DNA of 64,000 nt from Bacteroidales bacterium. GTDB lineage: Bacteria; Bacteroidota; Bacteroidia; Bacteroidales; G963667975. A program made the position numbers and the translations under genes. The notes under the pieces are model-generated. The model worked only from the letters and a program-made list of their open reading frames with translations, searched no databases and was not told the origin of the DNA. The stretch spans positions 3,671,866 to 3,735,865 of the forward strand of contig OY764079.1 of assembly GCA_963667975.1 (NCBI GenBank), in the 5' to 3' direction. The number at the start of each line of letters is the position of its first letter. The first letter of the stretch is position 1. Below are positions 30,649 through 41,566 of this stretch, piece after piece.

Positions 30649-31218
30649 ATGGTCGATTTCTTTGCCCAAATGGAACTGTTACTCAGAGTATTTTGGTTTA
30701 TCGCTATTCCGGCAAGTATTGTATTCATTATTCAAACAATTATGACTTTCGTCGGAATGGACTCTTCGGATGGGATTAATGCCGATTTTGATGGAAATTT
30801 TGATGCAACCGATGCACCTTTCCAGCTTTTTTCCTTTCGAAACCTGATTAATTTCATGATCGGATTTGGATGGGCCGGAGTTACATTTTGGGAAACAATC
30901 AGCAGCAAAGGAACGTTAGTTACCGTTGCATTTTTAGTTGGGGCTGCATTTATTCTGATTTTCTTTTTTCTGATGAAAGCAGTCTCCAGGCTCGCTGAAG
31001 ACAACAGTTTTAATATCCATAAAACAATGGGGAAAACAGCCAATGTATATCTGAGAATCCCTGCCGGAAAAAGTGGCAAAGGAAAAATTCAGATTAGTGT
31101 AAATGGAACCATGCACGAAATTGAAGCTGTAACACCCGGCGAGTTAATTGAAACTGGTGCTACCGTAAAAGTAACGAAAGTGATTGACGAATCACTTCTT
31201 GAAGTTGAACGTATTTAA
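30649..31218 (+). CDS. NfeD-like membrane protein (short form, C-terminal OB-fold), partner of flotillin.
   Basis: Three N-terminal TM helices. C-terminal beta-rich domain (GKIQISVNGTMHEIEAV..GELIETGATVKVTKV). Immediately upstream of the SPFH gene. Confidence 0.65.
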   Translation: MVDFFAQMELLLRVFWFIAIPASIVFIIQTIMTFVGMDSSDGINADFDGNFDATDAPFQLFSFRNLINFMIGFGWAGVTFWETISSKGTLVTVAFLVGAAFILIFFFLMKAVSRLAEDNSFNIHKTMGKTANVYLRIPAGKSGKGKIQISVNGTMHEIEAVTPGELIETGATVKVTKVIDESLLEVERI

Positions 31219-31232
31219 ACACAATAAAAAGT

Positions 31233-32768
31233 ATGATTAGCCCTATTATTCTTATTGCAATTGCAGTAGTGGTTGGCTTAGTAACCATTTCTGCACTCAT
31301 TTCGCGTTACAAACGCTGTCCTTCAGACAAAATTCTGGTTATTTACGGTAAAACTGGTGGCACTTCGGCTCACTGTATTCACGGTGGTGGAGCTTTTATT
31401 TGGCCCGTAATTCAAGATTATGCATATCTGGATTTAAAGCCGATTTCTATCGAAGCAAATCTTACCAATGCATTGAGTCGTCAAAATATCCGTGTGGATG
31501 TTCCTTGTCGTTTCACAATTGCTATTTCGACCGAAAGCGATAGTATGAACAATGCTGCTGAACGTCTGCTTGGTTTAACTCCAGAACAAATTCAAGAACT
31601 TTCAAAAGATATTTTGTTTGGCCAATTGCGTTTGGTTATTGCCACAATGACCATTGAAGAAATTAATTCCGACCGTGATAAGTTTTTGGACAACATCTCC
31701 AAAAATGTTGACACTGAACTTAAAAAAATAGGGTTAAAACTTATCAACGTGAATGTTACCGATATCAAAGATGAGTCGGGATACATCGAAGCTTTAGGGA
31801 AAGAAGCTGCTGCAAAGGCAATTAACGAAGCTAAAATTAGTGTTGCCGAACAGGAAAAAATCGGGGAAACCGGAAAAGCAATTGCTGACCGGGAACGTGA
31901 TGTTCAGATTGCCGAAACCCAAAGAGAACGTGATGTAAAAATAGCAATCACGCAAAAGGACAAAGAAGTAAGCATTGCATCTGCTGCCAAGGACGAAGCA
32001 ATTGGAAGAGCTGAAGCAGCAAGAGATACCCGTGTTAAGACTTCTGAAGCCAATGCTATTGCAGTAAAAGGTGAAAATGAAGCTAAAATCGAAATTGCAA
32101 ATTCAGATGCTACACGTCGTGAAAAAGAAGCTGAAGCATTACGTATTGCCGTCACGGCAGAAAAGGTTCAACAAGCAAAAGCACTCGAAGAATCCTATGT
32201 AGCAGAACAAAAGGCTGAGTTAGCACGTTCTGAACGTGAACGCTCTACACAAATTGCCAACGTTGTGATTCCTGCTGAAATAGCAAAACAAAGAGCCATC
32301 ATTGAAGCTCAGGCTGAAGCTGAACGTATTCGCGTAAATGCAAAAGGAGAAGCTGATGCAATTTTTGCAAAAATGGAAGCAGAAGCAAAAGGTTTGTATG
32401 AAAAACTTACCAAGCAAGCCGAAGGATATGACCGTGTTGTAAAGGCCGCTGGTGGAGACCCCGGACAGGCATTCCAATTGCTCTTGATCGAAAAGCTCCC
32501 TGAATTGGTTAAAACACAGGTAGAAGCAGTTAAGAACATCAAGATTGATAAGATCACGGTTTGGGATTCCGGAAATGACAACGGAACCGGAAATGGAACA
32601 ACTGCCAATTTTGTAAGTGGATTAATGAAATCAGTACCTCCTTTAAATGATTTGTTTAACATGGCAGGTTTAAACCTTCCTACATATCTTAAAGGTGCTG
32701 ACGATAAAATCAAGGAACATCCGATTCCACTTCGTCATGAAGAATCCCCAAAAGAAGAAGAAAGCTAA
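31233..32768 (+). CDS. Flotillin-like SPFH/band-7 protein.
   Basis: N-terminal TM helix. SPFH domain. Long Ala/Glu-rich coiled coil (EAEA repeats). 511 aa. Confidence 0.85.
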   Translation: MISPIILIAIAVVVGLVTISALISRYKRCPSDKILVIYGKTGGTSAHCIHGGGAFIWPVIQDYAYLDLKPISIEANLTNALSRQNIRVDVPCRFTIAISTESDSMNNAAERLLGLTPEQIQELSKDILFGQLRLVIATMTIEEINSDRDKFLDNISKNVDTELKKIGLKLINVNVTDIKDESGYIEALGKEAAAKAINEAKISVAEQEKIGETGKAIADRERDVQIAETQRERDVKIAITQKDKEVSIASAAKDEAIGRAEAARDTRVKTSEANAIAVKGENEAKIEIANSDATRREKEAEALRIAVTAEKVQQAKALEESYVAEQKAELARSERERSTQIANVVIPAEIAKQRAIIEAQAEAERIRVNAKGEADAIFAKMEAEAKGLYEKLTKQAEGYDRVVKAAGGDPGQAFQLLLIEKLPELVKTQVEAVKNIKIDKITVWDSGNDNGTGNGTTANFVSGLMKSVPPLNDLFNMAGLNLPTYLKGADDKIKEHPIPLRHEESPKEEES

Positions 32769-32773
32769 AATAA

Positions 32774-32808
32774 AAGGCTGCCCAAAGATTGAGCAGCCTT
32801 TTGTTTTT
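32774..32808. terminator. Bidirectional rho-independent terminator between convergent genes.
   Basis: aaggctgc-ccaaagattga-gcagcctt flanked by A-run and T-run. Confidence 0.6.
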
Positions 32809-33880
32809 AAAAACTCATTTTAATATTTAATTCCTTTGCAATGAGCGAAAGTTCTTCTTTCACTCTATCCAAAACAGGAATTCCTTCTTTCATTCGAATA
32901 GCTTCCCATTCGCGTTCCGGCTCACCAGGAATGAAAACACGATTTTGACCTTTTGCCGGAGTAGCCTCTTTAAATGTTCGAATCCAAAGATCCATATATC
33001 TTTTAAATTCATCAGCAGGTTGAAATCCATCAATCCGCATTGCACCGAAGAAATGACCAGTTCCAATACCTGGTAAATCAGACAAAACTGGCAAATAAGC
33101 TACAGAAGGCGGCACATATGGACCAAAATTTGCACCGGAAAGTACCGCGGAAAAAATATCAACAATCGCACCCAGACAATATCCTTTGTGACTGCCATGA
33201 ACATAATCGCCACCCAATGGAAGAATTGCACCTCCCTCTGTAAGAATATTGGGATCATTACTCGATTCTCCATATTTATCCTGAACAAAACCATCGGGAG
33301 CTTTCAATCCTTTTTTATGCATCACTTCCAGTTTTCCACGGGCAATAGGAGTTGTAGCAAAATCGGCAACAAAGGGTGCTTCGTCTCCCGCCGGAATTGC
33401 AACTGATATTGGATTTGTACCCAACAGCTTATCCGTAGAAAATGTTGGAGCTACCAGAGGGTTTGCATTTGTCATCGCCATTCCAATCATATCACGCTTT
33501 AAAGCTTGCATTGTATAATATCCTGCAATTCCAAAGTGATTGGAATTACGTACAGAAACCCAGCCTGTGCCTACCTTTTCAGCCTTATCCATTGCAATCT
33601 GCATGGCTTTCAATCCAACAAGCATTCCTAAACCATTATCACCATCTACTACCGCCGTTGAAGGAGTTTCATGAACAATCCCAATATTGGGGGTTGGATT
33701 TAACCGACCCTGTTTCCACAGATTATAATAATCTTTAACCCTTATTAAACCATGCGAATTAATATTTCGAAGTTCTGCAGCAAGCAAAACATTGGCCGTA
33801 GTTGCTGCATCTGCTTTTGAACATCCAATGCTTTCAAATATATCTGTCAGAAAATCTTTCAGTTGAGTATATGCAACCAT
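32807..33880 (-). CDS. Ldh_2-family (malate/L-lactate/sulfolactate dehydrogenase type 2) oxidoreductase.
   Basis: 357 aa. Motifs NINSHGLIRV and SVRNSNHFGIAGYY are typical of Ldh_2. Confidence 0.75.
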   Translation of the reverse strand: MVAYTQLKDFLTDIFESIGCSKADAATTANVLLAAELRNINSHGLIRVKDYYNLWKQGRLNPTPNIGIVHETPSTAVVDGDNGLGMLVGLKAMQIAMDKAEKVGTGWVSVRNSNHFGIAGYYTMQALKRDMIGMAMTNANPLVAPTFSTDKLLGTNPISVAIPAGDEAPFVADFATTPIARGKLEVMHKKGLKAPDGFVQDKYGESSNDPNILTEGGAILPLGGDYVHGSHKGYCLGAIVDIFSAVLSGANFGPYVPPSVAYLPVLSDLPGIGTGHFFGAMRIDGFQPADEFKRYMDLWIRTFKEATPAKGQNRVFIPGEPEREWEAIRMKEGIPVLDRVKEELSLIAKELNIKMSF

Positions 33881-34020
33881 CTGTTTATGATTTTATGCAA
33901 AGGTAGAAAAATTGCTGCTTCAATAATTTCTAATCCATTTAACACAATTCATTCTGTTTAGGTCTGATTTCTTTAAATTCACCATTCTTCACTACATTTG
34001 CTTTTCTAAATTTATTTTGG

Positions 34021-35880
34021 ATGAAAGAGCATATAAAACTCATTATCAAGCTATTTTCCTTCTGGATGATTCTATTCTTCATCCAACGAACTCTCTTTAT
34101 TCTCTGGAATAGTGATAAATGGATGAACGCAGGTATAGCAACCTGGTTTAATGCAAATTACCATGCATTTGCCATGGATCTATCCACATTCTGCTATTTC
34201 TTTCTAATTATTTGGCTAATTATCATTGCAAATTTATTTGTATCAGGAAAAATAACATCCAGAGCATTGCATAGCTGGATGATTCTCTTTGTTGTTGTAT
34301 CAGGTTTTGTACATATTGCCGACTTAGGGTTATATAACGAATGGGGAACGAAAATTAATCGCAAAGCTTTCTCCTATTTAGCTTACCCTAAAGAAGCTTT
34401 TGCTTCATCCAAATCATCACCTATGGGGTGGCTAATATTAATATGGATTGTAGAGACCAGTGTGTTTTTATGGGCATACTTCAAATGGATTGCTCCTAAA
34501 ACCTTTCCTCAAATCAAAAAAACATGGATTAAAATTACTTTTCCAATAATTTTATTACCATTCATTTACCTTGGATTGAGAGGAGGAACACAAGTTTTCC
34601 CGATTGACCGGAGCTGGAGCTATTTCAATACAATTCCTGTATTTAACCAGGCAGCGGTAAACAGCACATGGAATGCACTGGCAGTTGTATTCGAACCTGA
34701 AGAAGTTACAACAAACCCTTATAAGTATTTCACCGAGAAGCATGCTCAACAAAAAGTGGATTCTTTCTTCAAAACACCCAAAGACACGACAATCTCAATT
34801 TTCAATATACCAAAGCCCAATATTGTCATTCTGATGCTCGAAAGCTGGAGTGCTGAGGTTGTTGGCATTTTAAACAAACAGATTGAAGCTGCACCTGAAT
34901 TCTCTGCGTTAAGCAAAAGAAGTCTGCTATTCAGTCAATTTTATGCAACCGGATTCCGTACAGAGCAAGGATTGGCAGCTATGGTAAGCGGGTTCCCATC
35001 TCAACCTACCACAACTATTATCCGTAAATTTGGAAAATTCGAACTTTTACCTGCACTGGCTCAACGATTAAAACAAACCGGATATTCAACTTCATACTAT
35101 TATGGAGGTGATAACCGATTTGCAAACACTCAGAGTTATCTTCAAACCATGGGGTTCGATAATATTTACGGAGATAAAGATATGCAAATCCGAAACCGAA
35201 CCTTTTGGGGTGCTTATGACGAAGAATACTTTGATTTTCTCGTAAAAGAACTTGGCAAAAACAAAGCTCCTTTCTTTTCAATGGGGATTACTTCCACCAG
35301 TCATGAACCATTTGATGCTCCGGTCAGGAAGATATTTCAGGGCAATGAAATTGCACAACTTTATAAAAACACTATTCATTATACTGACTCATGTCTGGGT
35401 GATTTTTTCCGGAAAGCAGAAAAACAGCCATGGTATAAAAACACAGTTTTTATTGTTGTTTCGGATCATACCCATCGCTATCCATATAATCGGCAAGCGC
35501 ATGAAATTGAGCGTCATTGGATTCCATGTCTTCTAACCGGAGGTGCTTTACGACAGGAATTTGCCGGAAAAACTATCTCTGAACCAGTTTGTCATACCGA
35601 CTTACCTGCAACAATTTTAAGCCAATTGGGGTTAAAACATGATGAATTCATCTGGAGTAAAAACATATTCAATCCTTATGCTTCCAAATTCGCATACTAT
35701 ACTTTTGATGAGGGATTTGGAGTTATAACATCAAAATCGGCATTGGTATATGATCATAAGCTGAACAAAATCATTGACAAGCGAAGTAACGAAAACCAGC
35801 AAAGCATCGATAGTTTAACGCAAACCGGGAAAGCTATTTTGCAGCAACTTATGGAGGCTTATGTCAGACTTTCAAATTAA
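34021..35880 (+). CDS. LTA-synthase-family protein (N-terminal polytopic membrane domain plus extracytoplasmic sulfatase/alkaline-phosphatase-like domain).
   Basis: 5 TM helices followed by an ...IVILMLESWSAEVVG...VVSDHTH sulfatase-fold catalytic region. Confidence 0.75.
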   Translation: MKEHIKLIIKLFSFWMILFFIQRTLFILWNSDKWMNAGIATWFNANYHAFAMDLSTFCYFFLIIWLIIIANLFVSGKITSRALHSWMILFVVVSGFVHIADLGLYNEWGTKINRKAFSYLAYPKEAFASSKSSPMGWLILIWIVETSVFLWAYFKWIAPKTFPQIKKTWIKITFPIILLPFIYLGLRGGTQVFPIDRSWSYFNTIPVFNQAAVNSTWNALAVVFEPEEVTTNPYKYFTEKHAQQKVDSFFKTPKDTTISIFNIPKPNIVILMLESWSAEVVGILNKQIEAAPEFSALSKRSLLFSQFYATGFRTEQGLAAMVSGFPSQPTTTIIRKFGKFELLPALAQRLKQTGYSTSYYYGGDNRFANTQSYLQTMGFDNIYGDKDMQIRNRTFWGAYDEEYFDFLVKELGKNKAPFFSMGITSTSHEPFDAPVRKIFQGNEIAQLYKNTIHYTDSCLGDFFRKAEKQPWYKNTVFIVVSDHTHRYPYNRQAHEIERHWIPCLLTGGALRQEFAGKTISEPVCHTDLPATILSQLGLKHDEFIWSKNIFNPYASKFAYYTFDEGFGVITSKSALVYDHKLNKIIDKRSNENQQSIDSLTQTGKAILQQLMEAYVRLSN

Positions 35881-36040
35881 AAATCAGCATCAGTCGAGTA
35901 TCAAATAAATCAATCCAAAATTGAGCTTGTATAATGTCGACAAATCGATATTATTTATGTTTTCAGCATTGTATTTCTCCAATCGATATTACATTTACAG
36001 AGTTCTATTAACTGTTTGTAACAAAAAGAAATGAAATCTT

Positions 36041-36048
36041 TATTTTTG
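36041..36048 (+). promoter_or_regulatory. -7 promoter element TAnnTTTG upstream of dapD, with TTTG 22 nt upstream.
   Basis: tatttttg lies 21 nt before the ATG. tttg at 36015-36018. Confidence 0.35.
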
Positions 36049-36068
36049 CACCTTAATAATCAAAAAAC

Positions 36069-36881
36069 ATGGAAATCCGCACTTTGATAGAACAAGCTTG
36101 GGAAAACAGAGAGCTTTTAAAAGAAGGAATTATTCAGCAGGCTATTTTTGAAGTAATTGAACTACTCGACAAAGGAAAAATCCGCGTAGCAGAACCTACC
36201 AAAGTTGGCTGGCAGGTAAACGAATGGATAAAAAAAGCAGTAATTCTTTACTTTCCTCTTCGCAGAATGGAAACCTTTGAAGTCGGTATATTAGAATTTC
36301 ATGATAAAATTCCCCTAAAACATAATTATGAAGCCTTAGGAGTACGTGTTGTCCCTCATGCAATTGCCCGGCATGGTGCTTTTTTGGCACCCGGAACAAT
36401 CTTAATGCCTTCGTATGTAAACATTGGGGCTTATGTTGATTCTGGAACAATGGTTGACACATGGGCAACGGTTGGTTCATGTGCTCAAATTGGCAAGCAT
36501 GTGCACCTGAGTGGAGGTGTGGGAATCGGAGGCGTATTAGAACCAGTTCAGGCTGCTCCCGTAATCATTGAAGATCACTGTTTTATTGGATCAAGATGTA
36601 TTGTGGTAGAGGGAGCACGAATTGGACGCGAAGCGGTATTAGGTGCAAATGTTGTAATAACTGCCTCTACGAAAATAATTGACGTTACAGGCTCTGAACC
36701 TGTAGAATATCAGGGATTTGTTCCTGAACGTTCGGTCGTAATTCCCGGAAGCTTTACTAAAACATTTCCTGCCGGAAATTATCAGGTTCCCTGTGCATTA
36801 ATTATCGGGAAACGAAAACCATCTACCGATTTAAAGACATCCCTGAATGATGCACTTCGTGAATATAATGTGGCTGTATAA
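36069..36881 (+). CDS. dapD: 2,3,4,5-tetrahydropyridine-2,6-dicarboxylate N-succinyltransferase.
   Basis: 270 aa. Left-handed beta-helix hexapeptide repeats (GAYVDSGTMVDTWATVGSCAQIGKHVHLSGGVGIGG). Confidence 0.9.
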   Translation: MEIRTLIEQAWENRELLKEGIIQQAIFEVIELLDKGKIRVAEPTKVGWQVNEWIKKAVILYFPLRRMETFEVGILEFHDKIPLKHNYEALGVRVVPHAIARHGAFLAPGTILMPSYVNIGAYVDSGTMVDTWATVGSCAQIGKHVHLSGGVGIGGVLEPVQAAPVIIEDHCFIGSRCIVVEGARIGREAVLGANVVITASTKIIDVTGSEPVEYQGFVPERSVVIPGSFTKTFPAGNYQVPCALIIGKRKPSTDLKTSLNDALREYNVAV

Positions 36882-37631
36882 TCAAAGCTCCCGATACTCC
36901 ACCTTTTCAAGAAACAAGCCTTGAGGGGGAACAGACTCTCCCGCGAGACTTCTGTTTTTACGTTCTAAAACATTCCGAAACTCTTCCAGGCTAAGCTTGT
37001 GCTGGCCAATTTCAATCATCGTACCTACAATTGCCCGTACCATATTGCGAAGGAATCGATCTGCCTTTACAAAAAAGATTAACTGAGAATCAGTCTGATT
37101 CCAATAAGCTTCCGTAATTATACAATTATTCGTTTTCGTTTGAGTATTTGATTTCGAGAAGCAGGAAAAATCACGGTGTTGTTTGAGAATTTCACAAGCC
37201 TGATTCATTAAACCAACATCCAGATTTCCAAATAGGTAAAAGGCCTGATCTGTTGTAAAAGGATCTTTTTGCCGATTCAAATAATAGCGATAGGCTCTCG
37301 AAACAGCACTAAAACGGGCATGTAAATCAATTGGAACTTCAAATATTCGGAATATGACCACCGAAGTCGGAAAAAAACGATTCATTTTAAAACGCAGCTG
37401 ATCCAGAAATTCCTGTGAATAAGCAATATTTAAGTCAAAATGAGCATAAAAATCGCGGGCATGAACACCTGTATCTGTTCTTCCACAACCTGTTAATTCA
37501 ATTTGCTGGCGAAGCACCATGGAAAAACCCTCTTCGAGCAATTGCTGAACAGATAACGCATTAGGTTGCTTTTGCCAACCATGAAATGGAGCGCCATGAT
37601 ACGCCAGATGAACAAAATAACGATGATTCAT
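36882..37631 (-). CDS. truA: tRNA pseudouridine(38-40) synthase.
   Basis: GCGRTDTGVHA catalytic motif. 249 aa. Confidence 0.9.
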   Translation of the reverse strand: MNHRYFVHLAYHGAPFHGWQKQPNALSVQQLLEEGFSMVLRQQIELTGCGRTDTGVHARDFYAHFDLNIAYSQEFLDQLRFKMNRFFPTSVVIFRIFEVPIDLHARFSAVSRAYRYYLNRQKDPFTTDQAFYLFGNLDVGLMNQACEILKQHRDFSCFSKSNTQTKTNNCIITEAYWNQTDSQLIFFVKADRFLRNMVRAIVGTMIEIGQHKLSLEEFRNVLERKNRSLAGESVPPQGLFLEKVEYREL

Positions 37632-37899
37632 GCTTAAATATTTAAGGGCAAAGGTACAAAAGAGATACCGTTAATTTGGAGAACATTAAAATCCATACTT
37701 ATGAGAACCTTAACAGGATATGAATTTTTCAATCCGTAAAAATGTTGTAAAATCACGTTTGATATCATTATCTTTGCAATAAACAGAGAAGTATTCAAAT
37801 TCAGAAACGGTTCAGAAATCAATGGAATTAAATCATTTCAACATTACTGAATCCAGCCTAAAACTCAAAAACTAATTCCCATTCCAAAACCGGAAATCT

Positions 37900-39435
37900 A
37901 TGGCAAAGAAAGAACTTGCAATTAATATGGCTGCCAACATAATAGCATTTGCGGTACAATTTGGAATCAATTTTTTATTTACGCCTTACTTAATTCGCAC
38001 CGTTGGAAAAGAAGCATACGGATTTTTTCCTTTAGCCAATAGTTTTATCGGATATGCTGGAATAATTACCATTGCTCTTGACTCTATGGCAAGCAGATTT
38101 ATTACTATTTGCTTAGAACAAAACAATACGGAGGGTGCAAACATTTATTTCAATTCCGTTCTTCGGGGAAATACTTATATTTCAATCGCAATCACAATTC
38201 CCTCTGTTTTGATGGTCATATTTGCAGATAAGTTATTAAACATACCTCCAAATATATTAGCAGATGTTCAATGGCTTTTCGGATTAATTTTTTTAGGAAG
38301 TATTATCACAATCATGACATCTGTCTATAACATTGCAACTTTTGCCAAGAACAAACTTCACCTATCCTCAATCAGAAATGCTGAGTCAAATATTATTCGG
38401 GTTGCAGTTTTATTACTTTTATTTTATTTCTTTCAACCGACCATCCTCTATTTTGGAATTGCAAATCTGATTGTCGTTTTCTTCATTTTCTACACTAATA
38501 AGACATATACACGTAAGCTCCTGCCCGAAATAAAGATTAGTAAAAAATATTATCGCAAATCAGCTATCAGAGAGTTACTTTCTTCGGGAGTATGGAACTC
38601 TGTGAATCAATTAAGCTTAATTATATTAACCAGCCTGGATCTTCTCATTGCCAATGTTTTATTAGGAGCATCCGAAGCCGGTGAATATTCTTTAGTTAAA
38701 ATCATTCCTATGTTTATACAGTCATTAGTAGGAATGCTGGTGGGAGTTTTTGTACCAGAATTCACTATTTTATTTGCCCAAAATAAAAAGGAAGAACTTC
38801 TTAAAAGCATTAACAGATCTGTTAAAATCATGGGGATTATCATGACTATTCCTTTAGGATTTGTACTTGTTTGGGGAGATGTTTTTTTTAAATTATGGGT
38901 TCCAAATCAAAATTTTGAGAAACTGTACTGGCTATCATTCTTCACGATTATTCCCTTAGTAATCACTACCAGTATGAATACCATCTATAATGTATATACT
39001 GTAACAAATAAACTCAAAACTCCGGCAATGGTTCTTCTGGCAACTGGGGTTATCAACACCATTGTAATCGTAATACTCTTAAAAATAACTAATTGGGGTC
39101 TTTTTGTAATTCCAATTGTAAGTATGATAATTGGAATGAGCCGAAACCTTATCTTCACACCAATATATGCATCCAGATGTCTGGATGTAAAATGGAACAC
39201 TTTTTATATTGCAATATTAAGAGGGATCTTATGCTGTTTAATTATTGTGTCAACCTCTCTTATTATCAGAGAATTTTTCACACCCAAAAACTGGATAGAA
39301 TTTATTACTTTAGCAATTATCATTGGCCTGATTGTATTACCTTTAAATATTTTAGTGGCCCTAAATAAAAATGAAAGGATTGCAATACAAAAGATGGTTT
39401 ATAAAACTGTTCGAAAAATAAATATTTTCCAATAA
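37900..39435 (+). CDS. Polysaccharide biosynthesis / oligosaccharide flippase (Wzx-like MOP superfamily).
   Basis: 511 aa with about 14 TM helices. Wzx-like topology. Heads a glycosylation gene cluster. Confidence 0.75.
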   Translation: MAKKELAINMAANIIAFAVQFGINFLFTPYLIRTVGKEAYGFFPLANSFIGYAGIITIALDSMASRFITICLEQNNTEGANIYFNSVLRGNTYISIAITIPSVLMVIFADKLLNIPPNILADVQWLFGLIFLGSIITIMTSVYNIATFAKNKLHLSSIRNAESNIIRVAVLLLLFYFFQPTILYFGIANLIVVFFIFYTNKTYTRKLLPEIKISKKYYRKSAIRELLSSGVWNSVNQLSLIILTSLDLLIANVLLGASEAGEYSLVKIIPMFIQSLVGMLVGVFVPEFTILFAQNKKEELLKSINRSVKIMGIIMTIPLGFVLVWGDVFFKLWVPNQNFEKLYWLSFFTIIPLVITTSMNTIYNVYTVTNKLKTPAMVLLATGVINTIVIVILLKITNWGLFVIPIVSMIIGMSRNLIFTPIYASRCLDVKWNTFYIAILRGILCCLIIVSTSLIIREFFTPKNWIEFITLAIIIGLIVLPLNILVALNKNERIAIQKMVYKTVRKINIFQ

Positions 39436-39453
39436 TCCTAACACAATCTGGTT

Positions 39454-40500
39454 ATGAAAAACACAATACAGAAAGTAAATTCTTATATAGCTAAATATAA
39501 ACATTATAGACTGGTAAAAAGGCTCATTAACTCAAACGTACCAATCATTTTCTTATTTGGTTCACCACATCATAGCAATATGGGCGATCAGGCTCAAACA
39601 TATTGTATTCTTAAATGGTTTGAAAAGAACTATCCGAATCACGAGGTCTGTATATTTACACTCAGAGAAACTACGAATCTGGTGTTAAACCTTATTCGTA
39701 GTAAAATTAAAAAAGAAGATAAACTATTTTGTCACAGTGGGTACCACATGACAGACTTGTATAATGAACAAGATGCATATCTGCGAGTTATACGTTTATT
39801 TCCTGATTTTCCAATTGTTTTATTTCCTCAAACTGTATTTTACAAAACGAGCGAAGCGGCAATAAATACTGCATCAGTGTTCAATAAACATGGCAATGTA
39901 ACCTTGCTTTGCAGAGATGAAATTTCGTTTAACTCGGCAAAAACGCTTTTTACAGGATGCAAATTATTGCTATATCCTGATGTTGTTACTTCATTGATTG
40001 GTACTGCAAAATATTGTCATCCGAGAGAAGGTATTTTGCTCTGTATCCGAAATGATAAAGAAGCATTTTATTCAAAAGAACAAATTTCAGCTTTATCATC
40101 CAAATTAGAATCTGTATCATCTGTTAGCCATACCGACACAACAGTTTCATTACCTTTTAGCTATATTAAACAACGTAGAGAAAATGTTATTTTCGGTATA
40201 ATTGAAGATTACTCCAAATACAAAGTAATTGTCACCGACAGGTATCATGGTACTATTTTTTCTTTAATCGCCGGAACTCCCGTAATTGTTATTGCTTCAT
40301 CCGATCACAAACTTAGCTCAGGAGTGAAATGGTTCCCTGATAGTTTTAAAGAACATGTTTGCTATGCCGAAAATCTGGAACAGGCTTATGAGTATGCTGT
40401 TTCTAAATTCAATCAACAGCTTGAGTATTCACTTCCTCCTTATTTTAAAGAGAATTATTGGGATTTACTAAAAGAGAAAATTGAAAAAACATCTATCTGA
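39454..40500 (+). CDS. Polysaccharide pyruvyl transferase family protein.
   Basis: The VIVTDRYHGTIFSLIAGTPVIVIAS motif is characteristic of PS_pyruv_trans. Confidence 0.75.
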   Translation: MKNTIQKVNSYIAKYKHYRLVKRLINSNVPIIFLFGSPHHSNMGDQAQTYCILKWFEKNYPNHEVCIFTLRETTNLVLNLIRSKIKKEDKLFCHSGYHMTDLYNEQDAYLRVIRLFPDFPIVLFPQTVFYKTSEAAINTASVFNKHGNVTLLCRDEISFNSAKTLFTGCKLLLYPDVVTSLIGTAKYCHPREGILLCIRNDKEAFYSKEQISALSSKLESVSSVSHTDTTVSLPFSYIKQRRENVIFGIIEDYSKYKVIVTDRYHGTIFSLIAGTPVIVIASSDHKLSSGVKWFPDSFKEHVCYAENLEQAYEYAVSKFNQQLEYSLPPYFKENYWDLLKEKIEKTSI

Positions 40501-40534
40501 AAAACATCTACAATAAAAAAAACAGCATAACCCT

Positions 40535-41566
40535 ATGAATCCATTAATCAGCATAATTGTTCCTATTTACAACGTAGAGTCGTATTTAAAGCGTTGTGTA
40601 GAATCCTTACGGTCGCAAACCTACCCGAATATTGAAATTATTTTAGTTGATGATGGATCCCCCGATAATTGTGGTAAAATTTGCGATGAATACTCCAATA
40701 TTGATCAGCGAATCAAAGTGGTTCACAAACCTAACGGAGGGTTGTCTGATGCAAGAAATGCCGGGTTAGATGTAGCGAAAGGCGACTTGATTGGCTTTGT
40801 TGACAGTGATGATTTTATTCATCCTCAAATGTATGAAATCCTGTACAAAAACATGGCTGATTATAATGCAGATGTTTCTCTCTGTAATTTCGAACTTGTT
40901 TATAACGATACAAAAATATTCTCTGAAATAATAAATAAACCACAGGTTTTCTCTGGAACAGAAGCACTCGACAAAATATTTACTTATTGGGCTCAGATAT
41001 TTGTTATCTCATGGGACAAACTATACAAACGTGCCTTTTTTGACTCAATTCGGTTTCCAAAAGGCAAAATCCATGAAGACGAGTTCACTTCATATAAAAT
41101 ATATGCACAATCAAAAAGGATTGTATTTACGGATACGAAACTTTATTACTACTTTCAGTCAGACAACAGCATCGTAAGAAGTTCATTCTCCGAAAAACGT
41201 CTTCATTACACCGAAGCAATTGAAGAACGTATTGAATTTTTCAAAAAAGCAGAAAACAAAAAGTACTACAAGCTTGCGCTTCTTAATTATTCTGTTTGGC
41301 TTTTAGCTTTTAATCGCCGAAACCCAAGTGTTTTTAAGGAGAGAAAAGACATTAAGCAAATTATCGAAAAGAAGAGAATAAACTATATTTCACTGTTATT
41401 AAACGATGTAGACTCTCTTTCTGTACTCAATAAAATTGCATATAAAATTGCATTAATCTATCCTAATCTCATTGGATTTTTTGCATTTCACCTTCTTTTC
41501 AGAGGAAATATAGTATCCAGAATTGCCTCGTCGATTTTAGGGTATTCATTAATCCCTAAACAATAG
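40535..41566 (+). CDS. Glycosyltransferase family 2.
   Basis: [21 protein letters not shown]...DDGSPD...DSDD GT-A motifs. Confidence 0.85.
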   Translation: MNPLISIIVPIYNVESYLKRCVESLRSQTYPNIEIILVDDGSPDNCGKICDEYSNIDQRIKVVHKPNGGLSDARNAGLDVAKGDLIGFVDSDDFIHPQMYEILYKNMADYNADVSLCNFELVYNDTKIFSEIINKPQVFSGTEALDKIFTYWAQIFVISWDKLYKRAFFDSIRFPKGKIHEDEFTSYKIYAQSKRIVFTDTKLYYYFQSDNSIVRSSFSEKRLHYTEAIEERIEFFKKAENKKYYKLALLNYSVWLLAFNRRNPSVFKERKDIKQIIEKKRINYISLLLNDVDSLSVLNKIAYKIALIYPNLIGFFAFHLLFRGNIVSRIASSILGYSLIPKQ

